A DNA stretch of 36,718 nucleotides from Macrostomum lignano (taxonomy: Eukaryota). Below are positions 1 through 11,370 of the stretch, in pieces. Location of the stretch: contig NIVC01001792.1 in NCBI GenBank assembly GCA_002269645.1, positions 1 through 36,718 of the forward strand, written 5' to 3'. Numbering within the stretch: the first letter of the stretch is position 1; each line of letters begins with the position of its first letter. The notes below the pieces were generated by a model. That model searched no databases, was not told where the DNA came from, and worked only from the letters and a program-made list of their open reading frames with translations. Both the position numbers and the translations under genes were made by a program.

Positions 1-51
1 CTATTCCTCATACCAAAGCATCCTTAAACCTCCCTCCCCCAACCGGGCCAG

Positions 52-300
52 AGACCTGCCGAGTCCAGCAATCTGGTGCCAGTTCAGGACGCCTCCGTCA
101 GGCAGGCGTTCGCTGCCGCAGCTGACGAGGGAGACGAAGCCGAGGAAGGCGAAGTGTCCGAGGAGGTGCCCGAGCTGGTGCGCATTCGAATGCGCAATGT
201 CGGCAAGTACACGCCGACCTCGGAGGGCCCGAGGTCCTACGGCAAGACCCGTGCGGGCTTCTGTGACGACAGGCGACGGCCCAAATACGAAAGATTTTGA
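52..300 (+). CDS. PCNP: Last coding exon of PEST proteolytic signal-containing nuclear protein
   Basis: SVRQAF...EEVPELVRIRMRNVGKYTPTSEGPRSYGKTRAGFCD matches the conserved PCNP C-terminus (SVAAAF...[36 protein letters not shown]). Likely acceptor AG at 50-51; stop at 298-300; upstream exons are outside the window. Confidence 0.85.
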   Translation, partial: RPAESSNLVPVQDASVRQAFAAAADEGDEAEEGEVSEEVPELVRIRMRNVGKYTPTSEGPRSYGKTRAGFCDDRRRPKYERF

Positions 301-2054
301 ACTGACTCCGCTCCCTCCCCAGACAAATGCTTCTTACTACTCGTATTGGACTTTATAATTTAATTAAGCTATTTTCTATGATCCCGATTTCAACAAAACA
401 AATCGTTAGTTTTACTATTATGGGTTTCTGACAATTTTACTACTATAATAAGACTATGTTGTTACATCGCATTTATCTGTAAGTTACTAACGGGAACTTT
501 TGTAATGACGTCCAAGTTGGTTGGTACACGAAAACTTTGCAATTTTTGTTGGTCATTGTTTAATATTGTTGCTAGGGGAAACACTACTGCTTAGGACTAA
601 GGACCTTGCTGTCGTAGTTTACTTCGCTGTCATACCGTAATCATTTTTGTCGTATGTTTCTGCGTCTAACTCCCTCTCGTCTACCCAGTGAACTTTTTTG
701 TTTAAATTTGGGTGTAGCTTCATCACTACTACTATTACTGAAGTAACTAGTAGCTTAAATTTCTATAGCGTTCTACCTTTTGTTGAATTGTGTTATTTTC
801 ACATTGGCGAAGTTATTAATGTTTAATGATAATAATAATAATTTCTTTATGTTCATTTGTTTTTTATGTATCAATGTCTATACGAATAACGTCAACTTAA
901 CATAAAGTTGTTGAATGCAATAAAAAGCTTTCGATAGCTTTAATTGCTATGTGGCTCGACCAGAACATTTGACACCGAATTGTCCGTTTTTATTGGCTAT
1001 CAAATATTTTAAAATACTGGCTTTTATAATTCTGCGAAGCGCATATTCGCCCTGTTATCTTACTTAAGCTGTACAAGATCTTATCCAATAAAGCAATTGC
1101 TATGAATGTACATGTGGTTAAACTATAACTACTAAAGTATTTGTTAGATCAGCCTTTGGTCACAATCAACAAAAGTTTCGGTTTACCCCCCTATGTTGTA
1201 TTTTTCTGAAATCTTAAACCTGTAAATGTTAGTTATGGGAGATCCCCGTTGTCAGCTTTAAGTTCCTTGGATTTATTGATCAGTGAGTGAACTTGTAGCC
1301 AATTATTCAAAAAATAAGGGCGTGAAGGCGGTGCTTCTTTTTATTTCGTCTTGTTCAGTAGTTTTCCGTGTGGAAAATTAGGCTTGAGTAATATGGAGTG
1401 CCGGGTACTTTTATTTAAACAATTTCGTTAAAAAATAATTCGAGAAGTATGTATGCAAGAGTCTAAAATTTCTAATAGGGTTGTTTACGCGGAACTTTCT
1501 AGGTTGAATACTATATCCTACATGTTTATTGTTTGGTGTTCGGAATCTTGACTACACAGGGCATGCAAACTGAAGCTAGTAATACTGTTTTACATTAAAG
1601 ACACTATTTATACATTTAGGCGCATCACTAATGCGATCTACCATGTCAAGCAAAGAAATCCGGATTTTTTGAATGAATACTATACTTAAACAAGTAATAA
1701 TAATTTAATTTAGCAAACTTTTTAAATAGTTTCAGAAAAGTTATTATTTTTATATTGCGATTTATTTTCTACTGAAGTTTTAATAACGGTTTTAAAAAAT
1801 ATAACTCTTTGCCGTTGGCATATGAAATTTGTTTTTAGACCATGGTCACATGTCTGATTTTAATTCCCGATTTCGAAGTTACCATATTCAATACAAGGAC
1901 GACTTTCAATTACATTTTAAAGCTTAAATGTAAAATGATATACAGGTAGATGTGCAGCTCACTGGTTTTTAGAATAAATTGTAAAAAATGTTCAATGAGT
2001 TCAGTAACTTTGGTGAGATTTTAAACGATTGATAATTAATTTAAGGTGCCCTAT

Positions 2055-2348
2055 ATGGTAATGGCTAGAGTTCCGGCACCGGAACCCGTTTTCTAACAGC
2101 TATGGATCCGGCAGTGCCGTATAAAAGCATACAAAAACACTACTAAAAACATATCTTAAGAAGTCTGAACATTAGAAGCATCTTGTTTCGAATCTTATCA
2201 TATCGTCTTGAATCTTATATAGAACAAAATCTCAATATCAGCCACATGTAGAAAGAAAAATATTATGTTCTGTTTTTATTATAATGCACTGCCGGATCCA
2301 TAGACGTTAGAAAACAGGTTCCGGTGCCGGAACTCTAGCCATTGCCAT
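2055..2348. mobile_element. MITE with 63-bp terminal inverted repeats
   Basis: 2055-2117 matches the reverse complement of 2286-2348 at 59/63; interior is non-coding. Can be read as an AT target duplication around GG...CC termini. Confidence 0.85.
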
Positions 2349-2531
2349 TTATAATCATTAATTAATTAATTAATTATATCTTATAGGTGATAGGCCCCTA
2401 TATGATTTAAATTAAGATGACAATATATTAAACTAGGCCAAATCAGTATAAATTTGTAATTTACTTAAGCCTACTTTGCCTTATCTTTGGCCTTATGGAC
2501 CAGCTATCCAATATATAATATGGCCTATGTC

Positions 2532-3435
2532 CTATAGCCCATAGTCAGAAAGGTGTCCAGTGTATGCAGGAACTAATTCTAGGCAAAATTAAGCCTGTAC
2601 ACCAATGTACGCCAATTTTTTAGCCTCATTTTGAACATTACGCTGTATGTAGTAGTAGTAGTAGTAGTAGTAGTAAGTTGGCTCAAGCAAGAAGCCTGTT
2701 TGGCCAGTATATTTCTGTGTATTTAAGTTATTTTAGTATTAGTTGTTTAAATACGATCAAGTTCAAAAGGTTAAATTTGTTCAAAAGGTTAAATTTTTAC
2801 ACGAGTTACGATGCAAGTTACGATATTTGTAAAATTATTAAGGTAGGCCTATTTGAAAGAGCGTTTTTTGTAAAAAGATGTATTTTGCAAGTGCGCAATA
2901 TTTCAAAGCGTGAAAAACAAAAGAAAAATGAACAAAAATGTGAACAAAAACGAACTTCGAAAGAACTTTACGTTAAACGAATAACGACGATTTGAATAGG
3001 TATTAGATAGGAAACTAATTAAATACTAATTAAATGCTAATTAAAAAAAATTGAAAACAGAAACAAATAAAACAATACTTTTTTCACAAAAGTGCAAAAT
3101 AACAATCTTTAGAAATAGTTTTCCATTATCTGCTTACTTTTTATTATTCTTTAATTTTTTCAATGGCTTTAAATCAGCAAAGACATACGATACAACGCAA
3201 ATGAGATTGAATATGATTTGTAAAAAAGGTGACAGTGCTTGCTTACATACGCGGACAGTGGTTATGATGCCGCCAGTAAAATTGGTTTCGTCAATTTTGT
3301 TGTTCTGTTGTGTGTGTACGCAGATACGCAGATACACTAGTTTTCTAAAGATCTGTACGCCGAAACTGATTTTAACGGCCAAGTGTACGTAGGAATATTC
3401 TTGCGTACGGACACCTTCCTGACTATGGCCTATAG
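2532..3435. mobile_element. Non-autonomous TIR DNA transposon (~0.9 kb)
   Basis: 27-bp inverted repeats at 2532-2558 and 3409-3435 (2 mismatches), both ending in the palindrome CTATAG. Subterminal TGTACG motifs at both ends; internal (GTA)n at ~2647-2675; no credible ORF. Confidence 0.7.
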
Positions 3436-4568
3436 CTTGTATGGTATAGGAGTCAGGACTAAGACTACTAGACATTAAGACTGACTACCACACTTGAAAA
3501 GCTGGGGGAGGAATTTGGCTCAATGTGTTATTGAATGGTGCTAGAGAGATAAGTGGGTAAGAAAGCCAGCAGTACAAGCCTACAAGAGAGGAACCTTTAA
3601 AAGAATAGCAATGCTAGAAGATTAATAGCTCTCCCTCAATACCAAGGTATCCATGCATTTTGGTGCTCTAGATTGCTTTTTGGTATTTCAGTTTAAAACA
3701 CCAAAATAATATTAAAAAGAAATTCTATAAGTATAACAAATATATAAATACTTTACAAAATGTTCAATATTCATAATAAAAGCAGTAGGCCTATTCATTT
3801 CGTTAAACTGGCATGTTTCTTAAATTTATAAAAATCCATTCAATTTAATTGCATGCATTTGCTTGCTGTATCTTAATATACAATATAAGCTAGCTGCTAG
3901 TGCTATGAAGACTTAGTTAGGTAAAGTTAAAATTTATCAGCTGAGATATGGCTAGCAATATTACAGTAGGCCTCAATTGAATCAAGAAATCAAGAGTCTG
4001 GTCAGAGAAAAAAAATTAAATCAAAATAAAATAAAACCATTTTTAAATTAAAAAAACATTAAGTCAGCTTAACAAAATGAATAGTAGGGCCTACCTTAGT
4101 TTTTTTACAGTAAGTGAGTAAATGAGCTAAATTAAGACTGAATTTCTATATTTTTGTGTATAATTCTTATCTCTACATATAAAAATCAAAACTCTGTGTG
4201 TGTGTCTATGTACAAATTACTTCGCTATAGACTCCCATACTGCTCAACCAAATTACACCAAACTTTACACCCACCCTAAAATTACTACGGAGAATGTCTT
4301 AGGCTACCTTTAAATTTCCTAGACTCAAGTCTTCCTATCTAAAAGTATAAAAAGCTGCTCAAAATGTGTGGTTTTTTCACTAAATCCTCCATAGTACCAC
4401 TCCAAATCTACCAATCCTCTTCAAATTTGACACAGACAATCCTCAACTATTTTGGCACAATCATGTAAAATTTAGAGTCTCAAAGTTAATCTTGAATGGT
4501 GCTATGCACTTTTAAAGTTAGGCTGTTTTTTTCAGTGTAGCAACTACCCCAACCTCCACCTGCCTGCC

Positions 4569-4863
4569 CATACATGCGCAACCTCCGAAATTCAGTCGGC
4601 CATGCGACTTAGTTTTAACAAAAATGCGACATAGTTTTTGGCCAAAATGCGACTTAGATGTAAAAAAACCCTAGAGCAAAATTAACGCAACTTTGGGTAA
4701 ACGGCAGGAGTAACTATGACTGTCTTATTAAACCAAAATGCCTCGTCAGCTACTTAGTACTACTACTTTGTTATTTTTCGGGTGGGCATTTTGCGACTTC
4801 CTTGGTTGGCCGCCAAATTGGTCGGCCAAATCGGCCGACTCGGCCGACTGTTGCGCATGTATG
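4569..4863. mobile_element. 295-bp MITE with 8-bp TSD (hAT- or P-like)
   Basis: Perfect 14-bp TIR CATACATGCGCAAC (4569-4582 / 4850-4863), flanked by the direct repeat TGCCTGCC (4561-4568 / 4864-4871). Subterminal TCGGCC and ATGCGAC repeats. Confidence 0.9.
4695..4758 (+). pseudogene. Degenerate 28S rRNA fragment spanning the R2 / I-PpoI target site
   Basis: GGGTAAACGGCAGGAGTAACTATGACTGTCTTA-TTAAA-CCAAAATGCCTCGTCAGCTACTTAGT versus conserved 28S GGGTAAACGGCGGGAGTAACTATGACTCTCTTA-AGGTAG-CCAAATGCCTCGTCATCTAATTAGT (reference recalled from memory): 31/33 left arm, 23/25 right arm. Confidence 0.85.
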
Positions 4864-5620
4864 TGCCTGCCTCTCTTTCCCGATCCCAATCTGGGCCCAG
4901 ATATGTAAAAGAGTTTCAAAATTGACTAACTTTCAGCTGCCATAAATTTGCTCCACGTGAAGCGATTGACTTCAAACTTGACACAATTCTTCATTGACTC
5001 ATTCTTTATCTAAATGTAGAGTTTCAACTCTGTAACTCAACCAAAAAAGAAACTGTAAGCATTTGAAGTTTGTCTGCTTTTTCTGTTGTTTGTGCCACTC
5101 ACTCACTCATTCTCCCAGAGCCAGACCAAGGGTCAAGCAATAAGGCTGAATGTACATGGCAATGTATAGTGTTTTGGAATAGCTTTGTTTATGGCTTTCT
5201 CTACACCCTGTGGAGAGGCTATGTTTAGTCATCCATAACAGTTTAGTGAGTAGCATTGTCCTCTGTATAGGCTCTGTATACATTAGAAAATTTTTATATT
5301 CATTTTGTTTTCGTAACTGATATGCATTGCGTACAGTCAATAAATTACAATATAATTGTTGTTTTACTTTGCACTTTTTAGAACATCATTTTAAAATGAT
5401 TATTCTTGCATTTATTCTTATTGTACCTTAATGATAAAAAAATGATAAAGTAAAAATTCTAGTTCAATAAATCATAGAAATAAATAAATGCTTCATGTTT
5501 ATTTTTTCATAGACCAATGTATAATACTATTTTATTTGTTAGTCTATGGCATTTTGATTGACTTGAAGTACTTGTTCAAATAAATGACAAAAGTTTTCAT
5601 TTTTATACCTTATAATATCT

Positions 5621-8600
5621 GGGTTATTCCATGATAGGGTCATCAAAGGTATAGAAATTTTTTTTTTAATTATTTGCAAACGTGAATATTTCAATTTGCA
5701 TATAATTATGTATAGTTTCATTTTTATGTAGTTTCATACACATTTATCTACCTCTAGGTATAAATATTTTGTTTTGATCATGGTACCCTTGCAAGATTTT
5801 AAATGTCCCGCGGGACATTATAAAAAGTTAATCTAGTTTTCAACAAGAAAAAAAGTTAATAAACATAATGCATCAAGTGCATAAATAATAAAAATCTTTC
5901 TTTCTTATATCTAAAGACTGAAATTATAAAGTTTTATGATCTAATATAGTTCTATCTATCATAATTTTATATTTTAAAAAGTTTGACTTCCTTTTTCCAA
6001 GTGTTAAAAACGACCATCATTTTTTTTACAAAAAGTTGTTGTACTAATTTTCAAGAGGTTTATAAGTTGATAATTTTTTGCTGAAATGTTTTCCAAGCCT
6101 ATATTTAAGTTTATAGTCATTTTTGTTAGTGTATGATAAGTGTAACATGCTAAAAAAAACCTGCAAAGTTACCTAACGACCATCATTTTCTGGTATTCTA
6201 AAATCTGTTGATCTTCATAAAACCTGAATTACTATCATTTATTCCTAAATTTTATACAAAAAACTGAATTTACTGATATTTTAAAATCATGTCTTTTTAA
6301 AATGTGAATTACTTATTCAATTTCTATTTCAAAGTTTGTACAGTTTTGATTGTAAAGAAAAATATACTGGAATTCAAGTCTTTCATTAAAAATGTATAAG
6401 TGTCAATTACTTGTTTGATACCTTAAAATCATTTTCAACCTGCACTATTAAAAAGTTTGTTCAAATTACTAACCATGCACCTAGAACTCTCCACTTTAGT
6501 TTGCACTGCACCTTAACACATGCCTTAATCTTCAGCATTAGTAGTCTAACTAGACGTCAAGTCTTAGTCTTTAATCATGCCACGTCCAAAAAAAAGCCAG
6601 GCATTAAATAGTAAAAACTATCGCATAAAACATGCTGGCACTCTTAAAGAAAAGGAAAGGCTGCGAAGTGCTCGCCGCCGGAAGCAGCAGAAATCGGAGG
6701 CAACAATAAAGAAGGAGCGTGAGCAGGGCAGATTGCGCTACCAGGCCTGGTGTGCACGCCAGAAGGCTGCTGCTGATGCTGCTGTTCCTGAGCCCGATGC
6801 ACAGGATGCATATAAAACGAAGCAGGCGACTTCTCGTGCATTGAACAAGTAAGTAAAAATATACAGAGCCTCTACTTTGGACATCTGATTTTTCATTTCC
6901 TTGATTAAACTGATTAATACATGTGGTTTCTAATTCTGAAAACTGCATTATGTACATTCGTCTACCCACACTTCTCAATCATAGGGCTCGCGATGCACTT
7001 CCAAGGACCCCTTCAAGGCGACAGACGATTCTGATGCGCCTGGTTCAAGAGAACAGTCTGCCACTTCCGAAGCCCATTGTGAGGTGCCGTCTACCGGATG
7101 AGGTCATTATGGACGTCACAAATTTCTTCCTAAGGGATGACATTTCCCAGTGTTCTCCTGGTCGGAAGGAATATGTGCGTGTCGATAATGAACCCATTCA
7201 GAAGCGGTACCTCTTAATGAGTCTTAAGGAGGTGCATAACCTGTTCAGTCGCGAATCAGGGCACATTGTCTCGCTGTCAAAGTTTTGTGAGCTGCGCCCG
7301 AAGCATGTTGTGCCTTTCGGCAACACGCCGGTCTATTCGTGCTGTTGCCTCGAACACGAGAATTTTAAAAGGTACTTTACAACTTAAATTGATAAATCAA
7401 CCAGTAAAAAACCATTAAAGTAAAAATTTTATTCATACATGTAACCTCTGTATTTTTCCAGCGTCTGCAATGCGCTGTCGCAGGTCACCAGGCTTCCAGC
7501 CTATTCATCAGATTGGCTAGCCACGGTTGTCTACTGTAATCCTGCCACCCCACGGTGCGCCGTTGGCTTGTGCGATGTGTGCAGCAGCTCGGATAGTCAT
7601 CGCATCCCCAATCCTGACCCTGAGGTTTTAGAGGATGGGGTCACCTTCCGCTTCTGGCAGCGCAACGAGCAGTCGCAGCGAATGGAGCAAGATGCCCGAG
7701 CCGTCACAGTCGACACGGCTCACAAGCTCCTGCTGGCGTTGCTGCCCAAATTTATTGTCCATGAGAGGACCAGAGTGCACCAGTCGGCCGCTTATCGCGA
7801 TAGGAAGGCTGCTCTCGCTGAAGACGAGCAAATTTTTCACTTTGATTTTAGTGAAAATTATACCTGCGCGCACCAGGATGCAACACAGCAAGCCTACTGG
7901 TGCCAAAACCAGGTGACGATATTCACCGTTGCTGTCTATCGCAAATCCTGCTCCATTATGTTGGCCCTGGTGAGCGACTCAACCGACCACACGAAGTCAA
8001 CAGTTTCGGTGCTTCTGTCCTACCTACTTCGGGTAATACGATAACTTGAAAACTCATTCCAAAGTTTTGGAAAACTTTCTAAAAATCCGTTTTTTGCGTC
8101 ACACAAAACCATATAAGCATAAATTTTCCCCTTATCCAGAGGTTCGCTACACCAGGCCAGCGGGTCCGGTTCTGGAGCGACGGCCCTGCGAGCCAATTTA
8201 AGAACAAGTTCATGTTCCACTTTACTGAATTGGCATGCCGTGAGTTCGAGCTGGCCGAGTTGTCGTGGGAATTCTTCGCCACGTCCCATGGCAAGGGGCT
8301 ATCGATGGCCTCGGTGGGACTCTGAAGCGCTTTGCCTGGTGCGAAGTTAGAACTCGCAACGCTATCGTCCAGGACGCTGAAGACTTCGTTAGGGTTGTTG
8401 AAAAGTGCGATATTGACTGTCACCTGATTAAAAAGTGTGACATCCAACAGGAGTATGCTGATCGATTTCAACCAGCTCTTTTGGCTGCTCCTGAGGTATT
8501 TACATGCACTACCTGTAATTTTAAAATGAAAGTCAATAATATTGGAATTCGGTAGCAGAAAATAAATTTAAGTGTAATACAATTAAATTTACTGAAAGTC

Positions 8601-9835
8601 CATCCTCAATTCTTCTGGCAGATTCCAGGCATAAAAAAGCTACACTGCTGGGTGGCTACATCTGCAGCTCCGCGTGCAGTAGGCTATGCGCTGTCAGGGG
8701 TGGCCGAAACTGCACTCAACCCTGTGCAGTCTACCCGCCACCGGGCCCCTGTGGCAGCCAGTTCAGTAACACCAAGCACCAGGCCTGAAACTCAGGGTCT
8801 GCCTCCTGGTCAGCCGGGTTCCATCGCTATGCAACTCACCGTTGGCTGTTGGGCCCTTGTGAACTATTTTGGAGAGTCGTTTCCAGGCCAAGTTGAGGAG
8901 ATCAAATCCGGTCCTGAAATGGAGTGGAAAGTTAACGTGATGGTGAAGAGTGGTGGAAGCTTTGTATGGCCTCGAAGGAAGGACTCAATCTATTACGCCG
9001 CCGAAGACATCCTCACTATTTTGCAGCCCCCTGTGCCTACCGACTCGCGTGGCCATTTTAAATTTTCAGATTTTTGAACTGCTTTAAGGACGTTTTTACT
9101 ATCCATTGGTACTACTGCTTATTGCCTAACGAATAATCTGTATTTGCCTTTGGTTTTGTTAATTGTTATCTATTCTTTGAATTGTTGAATAGATTAGGAC
9201 TGTCCATCTTTATGATCATATGTTGAGTTGTGCAATCATGAAGTGATGTTTTGTTGAAGGTGCATAAGTACGTTTGATCTGAAATGTGAAACAGGTATGA
9301 TAAATTTTATGGTTAGACAAGCATTATATAATTTTAATATGAACAACTATGGATTATAAACAATCTTTTAACCGAGATCTTACCTAAAAATAGAGAATCC
9401 TGATACATTTTTTAAAACTGACGGTCGTTTTTTTGAAACAAACGACCGTCAGTCAACGACCGTCATTTAAGAAAAAACGTGCAACACAGTTAAACTTATC
9501 TACTAAAATGTAATAATTGTTTGTAACTGTTTATCTAGCTATTGTTTACTACAATTAATGATCAATTGAGATAAAAACTTGCCTGATTTGCAGAAATCTT
9601 AAACTTAAGTTAAAAAGTTGGTTACATAAACTTTCACCAAAAACGACCGTCATCGAAAGTTTCTCTCTGCTAAATCAACACAGTAAGACAAATGACTTTA
9701 GAATGTATCTCATCTCAATCTAGAGGTCACGCCCATAAATATAGAACTCACAAAGTCTCAATTTAGTTTGTCTTTTGTATGATTACTGATTATTATTTGC
9801 TCCAACCCAACGACCGTCATCTCGTGGAATTACCC
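5621..9835 (+). mobile_element. Full-length Sola2-type cut-and-paste DNA transposon (4215 bp)
   Basis: 4-bp TSD ATCT at 5617-5620 and 9836-9839; GGG...CCC termini; imperfect TIR GGGTTATTCCATGATA vs GGGTAATTCCACGAGA (13/16); subterminal AACGACC(A/G)TCA motifs at both ends; internal transposase gene. Confidence 0.88.
6577..9077 (+). CDS. Sola2-like DDD transposase, 5 exons, ~680 aa, with one apparent single-base frameshift
   Basis: Exons 6577-6848, 6985-7371, 7462-8032, 8140-8495, 8622-9077; all introns GT-AG with compatible phases. Motifs: basic N-terminus, CCCLEHEN, DFSENY (D at 7844), WSDGPASQFKN (D at 8179), FATSHGKG-AIDGLGGTLK (D at 8304). One G is missing in the run at 8295-8298. Confidence 0.85.
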
Positions 9836-11219
9836 ATCTTATGAATAGGAGCAGCTTTTAAGAAATAAATTATATTTTCTAATGTTAACATTTAATATGT
9901 TTAAGATTACATTTAACTTTAGCATAGTTTATAACAATTTACAATCAAAGTTGGTTAATTTTTGCATTGATAGCAAAATTTTAACACTTTATAAAACTTG
10001 TATTAGCTTCTACTATTCCCTATGAGAAGGTATATATACTAGTAATATTATACTTTCTAAAGGCATTCAAAGTATTTTTTAACTGTTTATTATCTATCAC
10101 AAATATGCATAAATGCTTGGCATGCTTCAATATATTTTAATGGAAAAATATACCTTTAGAATATAGAAAACTTTTAGCTAATATTCATAAAATATTAGTA
10201 ATAAAAATATAATATTTACTCTTTTTCATGCCTTTAAATATTGTTTTACCAAATGTACCTTAACACTGCAAAGCTATAATAATGTCTTTATCAAAACAAA
10301 AAATGAAAATAATTTAGATGTATTAAAGTAATGATCCTAAAATGAATTGCTTAGCAACTATACAATATTATTCTATTACAAAGCATTTTAAAAACTTTTT
10401 TCAGATAGCTTAAATGTTGCAAAGTTTTTCTCAATACATTAGTATAATACTTTTGTTTAGTTAGAAAATTGATTGGTTTTATCCAAAAGACAAACCAGTA
10501 ATGATGATGACTCACTAATTCCTATATTCAAAAGAATAATTACGAGTCATATACTATCATAATTACTAAAATTATGGAATGCCCCACACAGTTGCTGCAT
10601 TAGTGCCACAATATATACATGCCAAAATCTTACTAATATTATTTGCAGGTGGGTTGCAGGAACCCTGAGGCAATTCTGCCCATTCCACTGACTCTTGAGC
10701 TGTATGCAGGCATGCATATGTACACCTTCTCACACAGGGTGTACAGTGACCCTGACTTCCTTATCATCAGGCATGTACACTCTTTTCATTGGGGGTTGGT
10801 CCTCATGTTTGTGAATGGCATAACATCCCCTGGCCAATTTTTGTGCACACAAGCCGCAAGCCCAAATGAATGTGGCCACACATTGAATCAAACCAAGGGG
10901 TCATGGGGTAAAAGTCAGACACATTTATTGCTATGCTAAGCTACTCTTTCCCATGACAATCTCTTTGCTGTGCCAACCAGTCTAAACATGCGCCATATGA
11001 TTGGATGCCATTTGTTAACTTATTTTAATAGAGATTTTGTTAGATGCTATTCAGCATTTCAAATGTCTGTAGTAGTCAATTTAGAATTTTAAATCGCTAT
11101 TACATTGCACTATTGTGTACTGTGCACGTGTTGGCCACATTGAGTGTCGTATTTTTAGCAGCAAGCTTATACAATATACCGGGCAAATCACTCTGCTTGA
11201 TACCATTAGCACTGATCAG

Positions 11220-11291
11220 CCAATCAGCGATCTGGTAGTTGATCAAATTATTCTAAATAATGAAGCTGTGGATCAATGCTGTGTATAAATA
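11220..11291 (+). promoter_or_regulatory. Putative core promoter of the zinc-finger gene (CCAAT plus TATA)
   Basis: CCAAT at 11220-11224 and TATAAATA at 11284-11291, about 80 bp before the ATG at 11371. Motif match only. Confidence 0.4.
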
Positions 11292-11370
11292 CTCGTACTG
11301 TCGTACGCTCATATACAGAAAACAGCCAATGTTTAGATTAATCCATTTTTAATGGCATTAAATATAAATT

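Larger units (their letters stand above)
4190..5110. repeat. Probable older non-autonomous repeat interrupted by the 4569-4863 MITE
   Basis: Starts with (TG)n and ends with (ACTC)n; a recurring CAAA(C/T)TT(G/T)ACAC motif occurs at ~4258, ~4411 and ~4972, on both sides of the MITE. Family not identified. Confidence 0.3.

Noticed and set aside
568-582. X-box-like GTTGCTAGGGGAAAC downstream of PCNP
   Set aside because: Single imperfect match with no nearby gene start.
900-1700. Minus-strand LINE-like peptide hints (WLQVHSLINKSK)
   Set aside because: Frequent stops and no RT or endonuclease motif could be aligned.
2678-3475. 105-113-aa ORFs in the 0.9-kb TIR element
   Set aside because: AT-rich low-complexity translations with no transposase motifs.
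4695-4758. Functional rRNA gene
   Set aside because: Only 64 nt, mutated, and embedded in a MITE with no flanking rDNA.
10643-10990. GC-elevated island with a 98-aa ORF after a TTTGCAG acceptor
   Set aside because: No recognisable motif in any frame and the other frames have stops; possibly a decayed element but not assignable.
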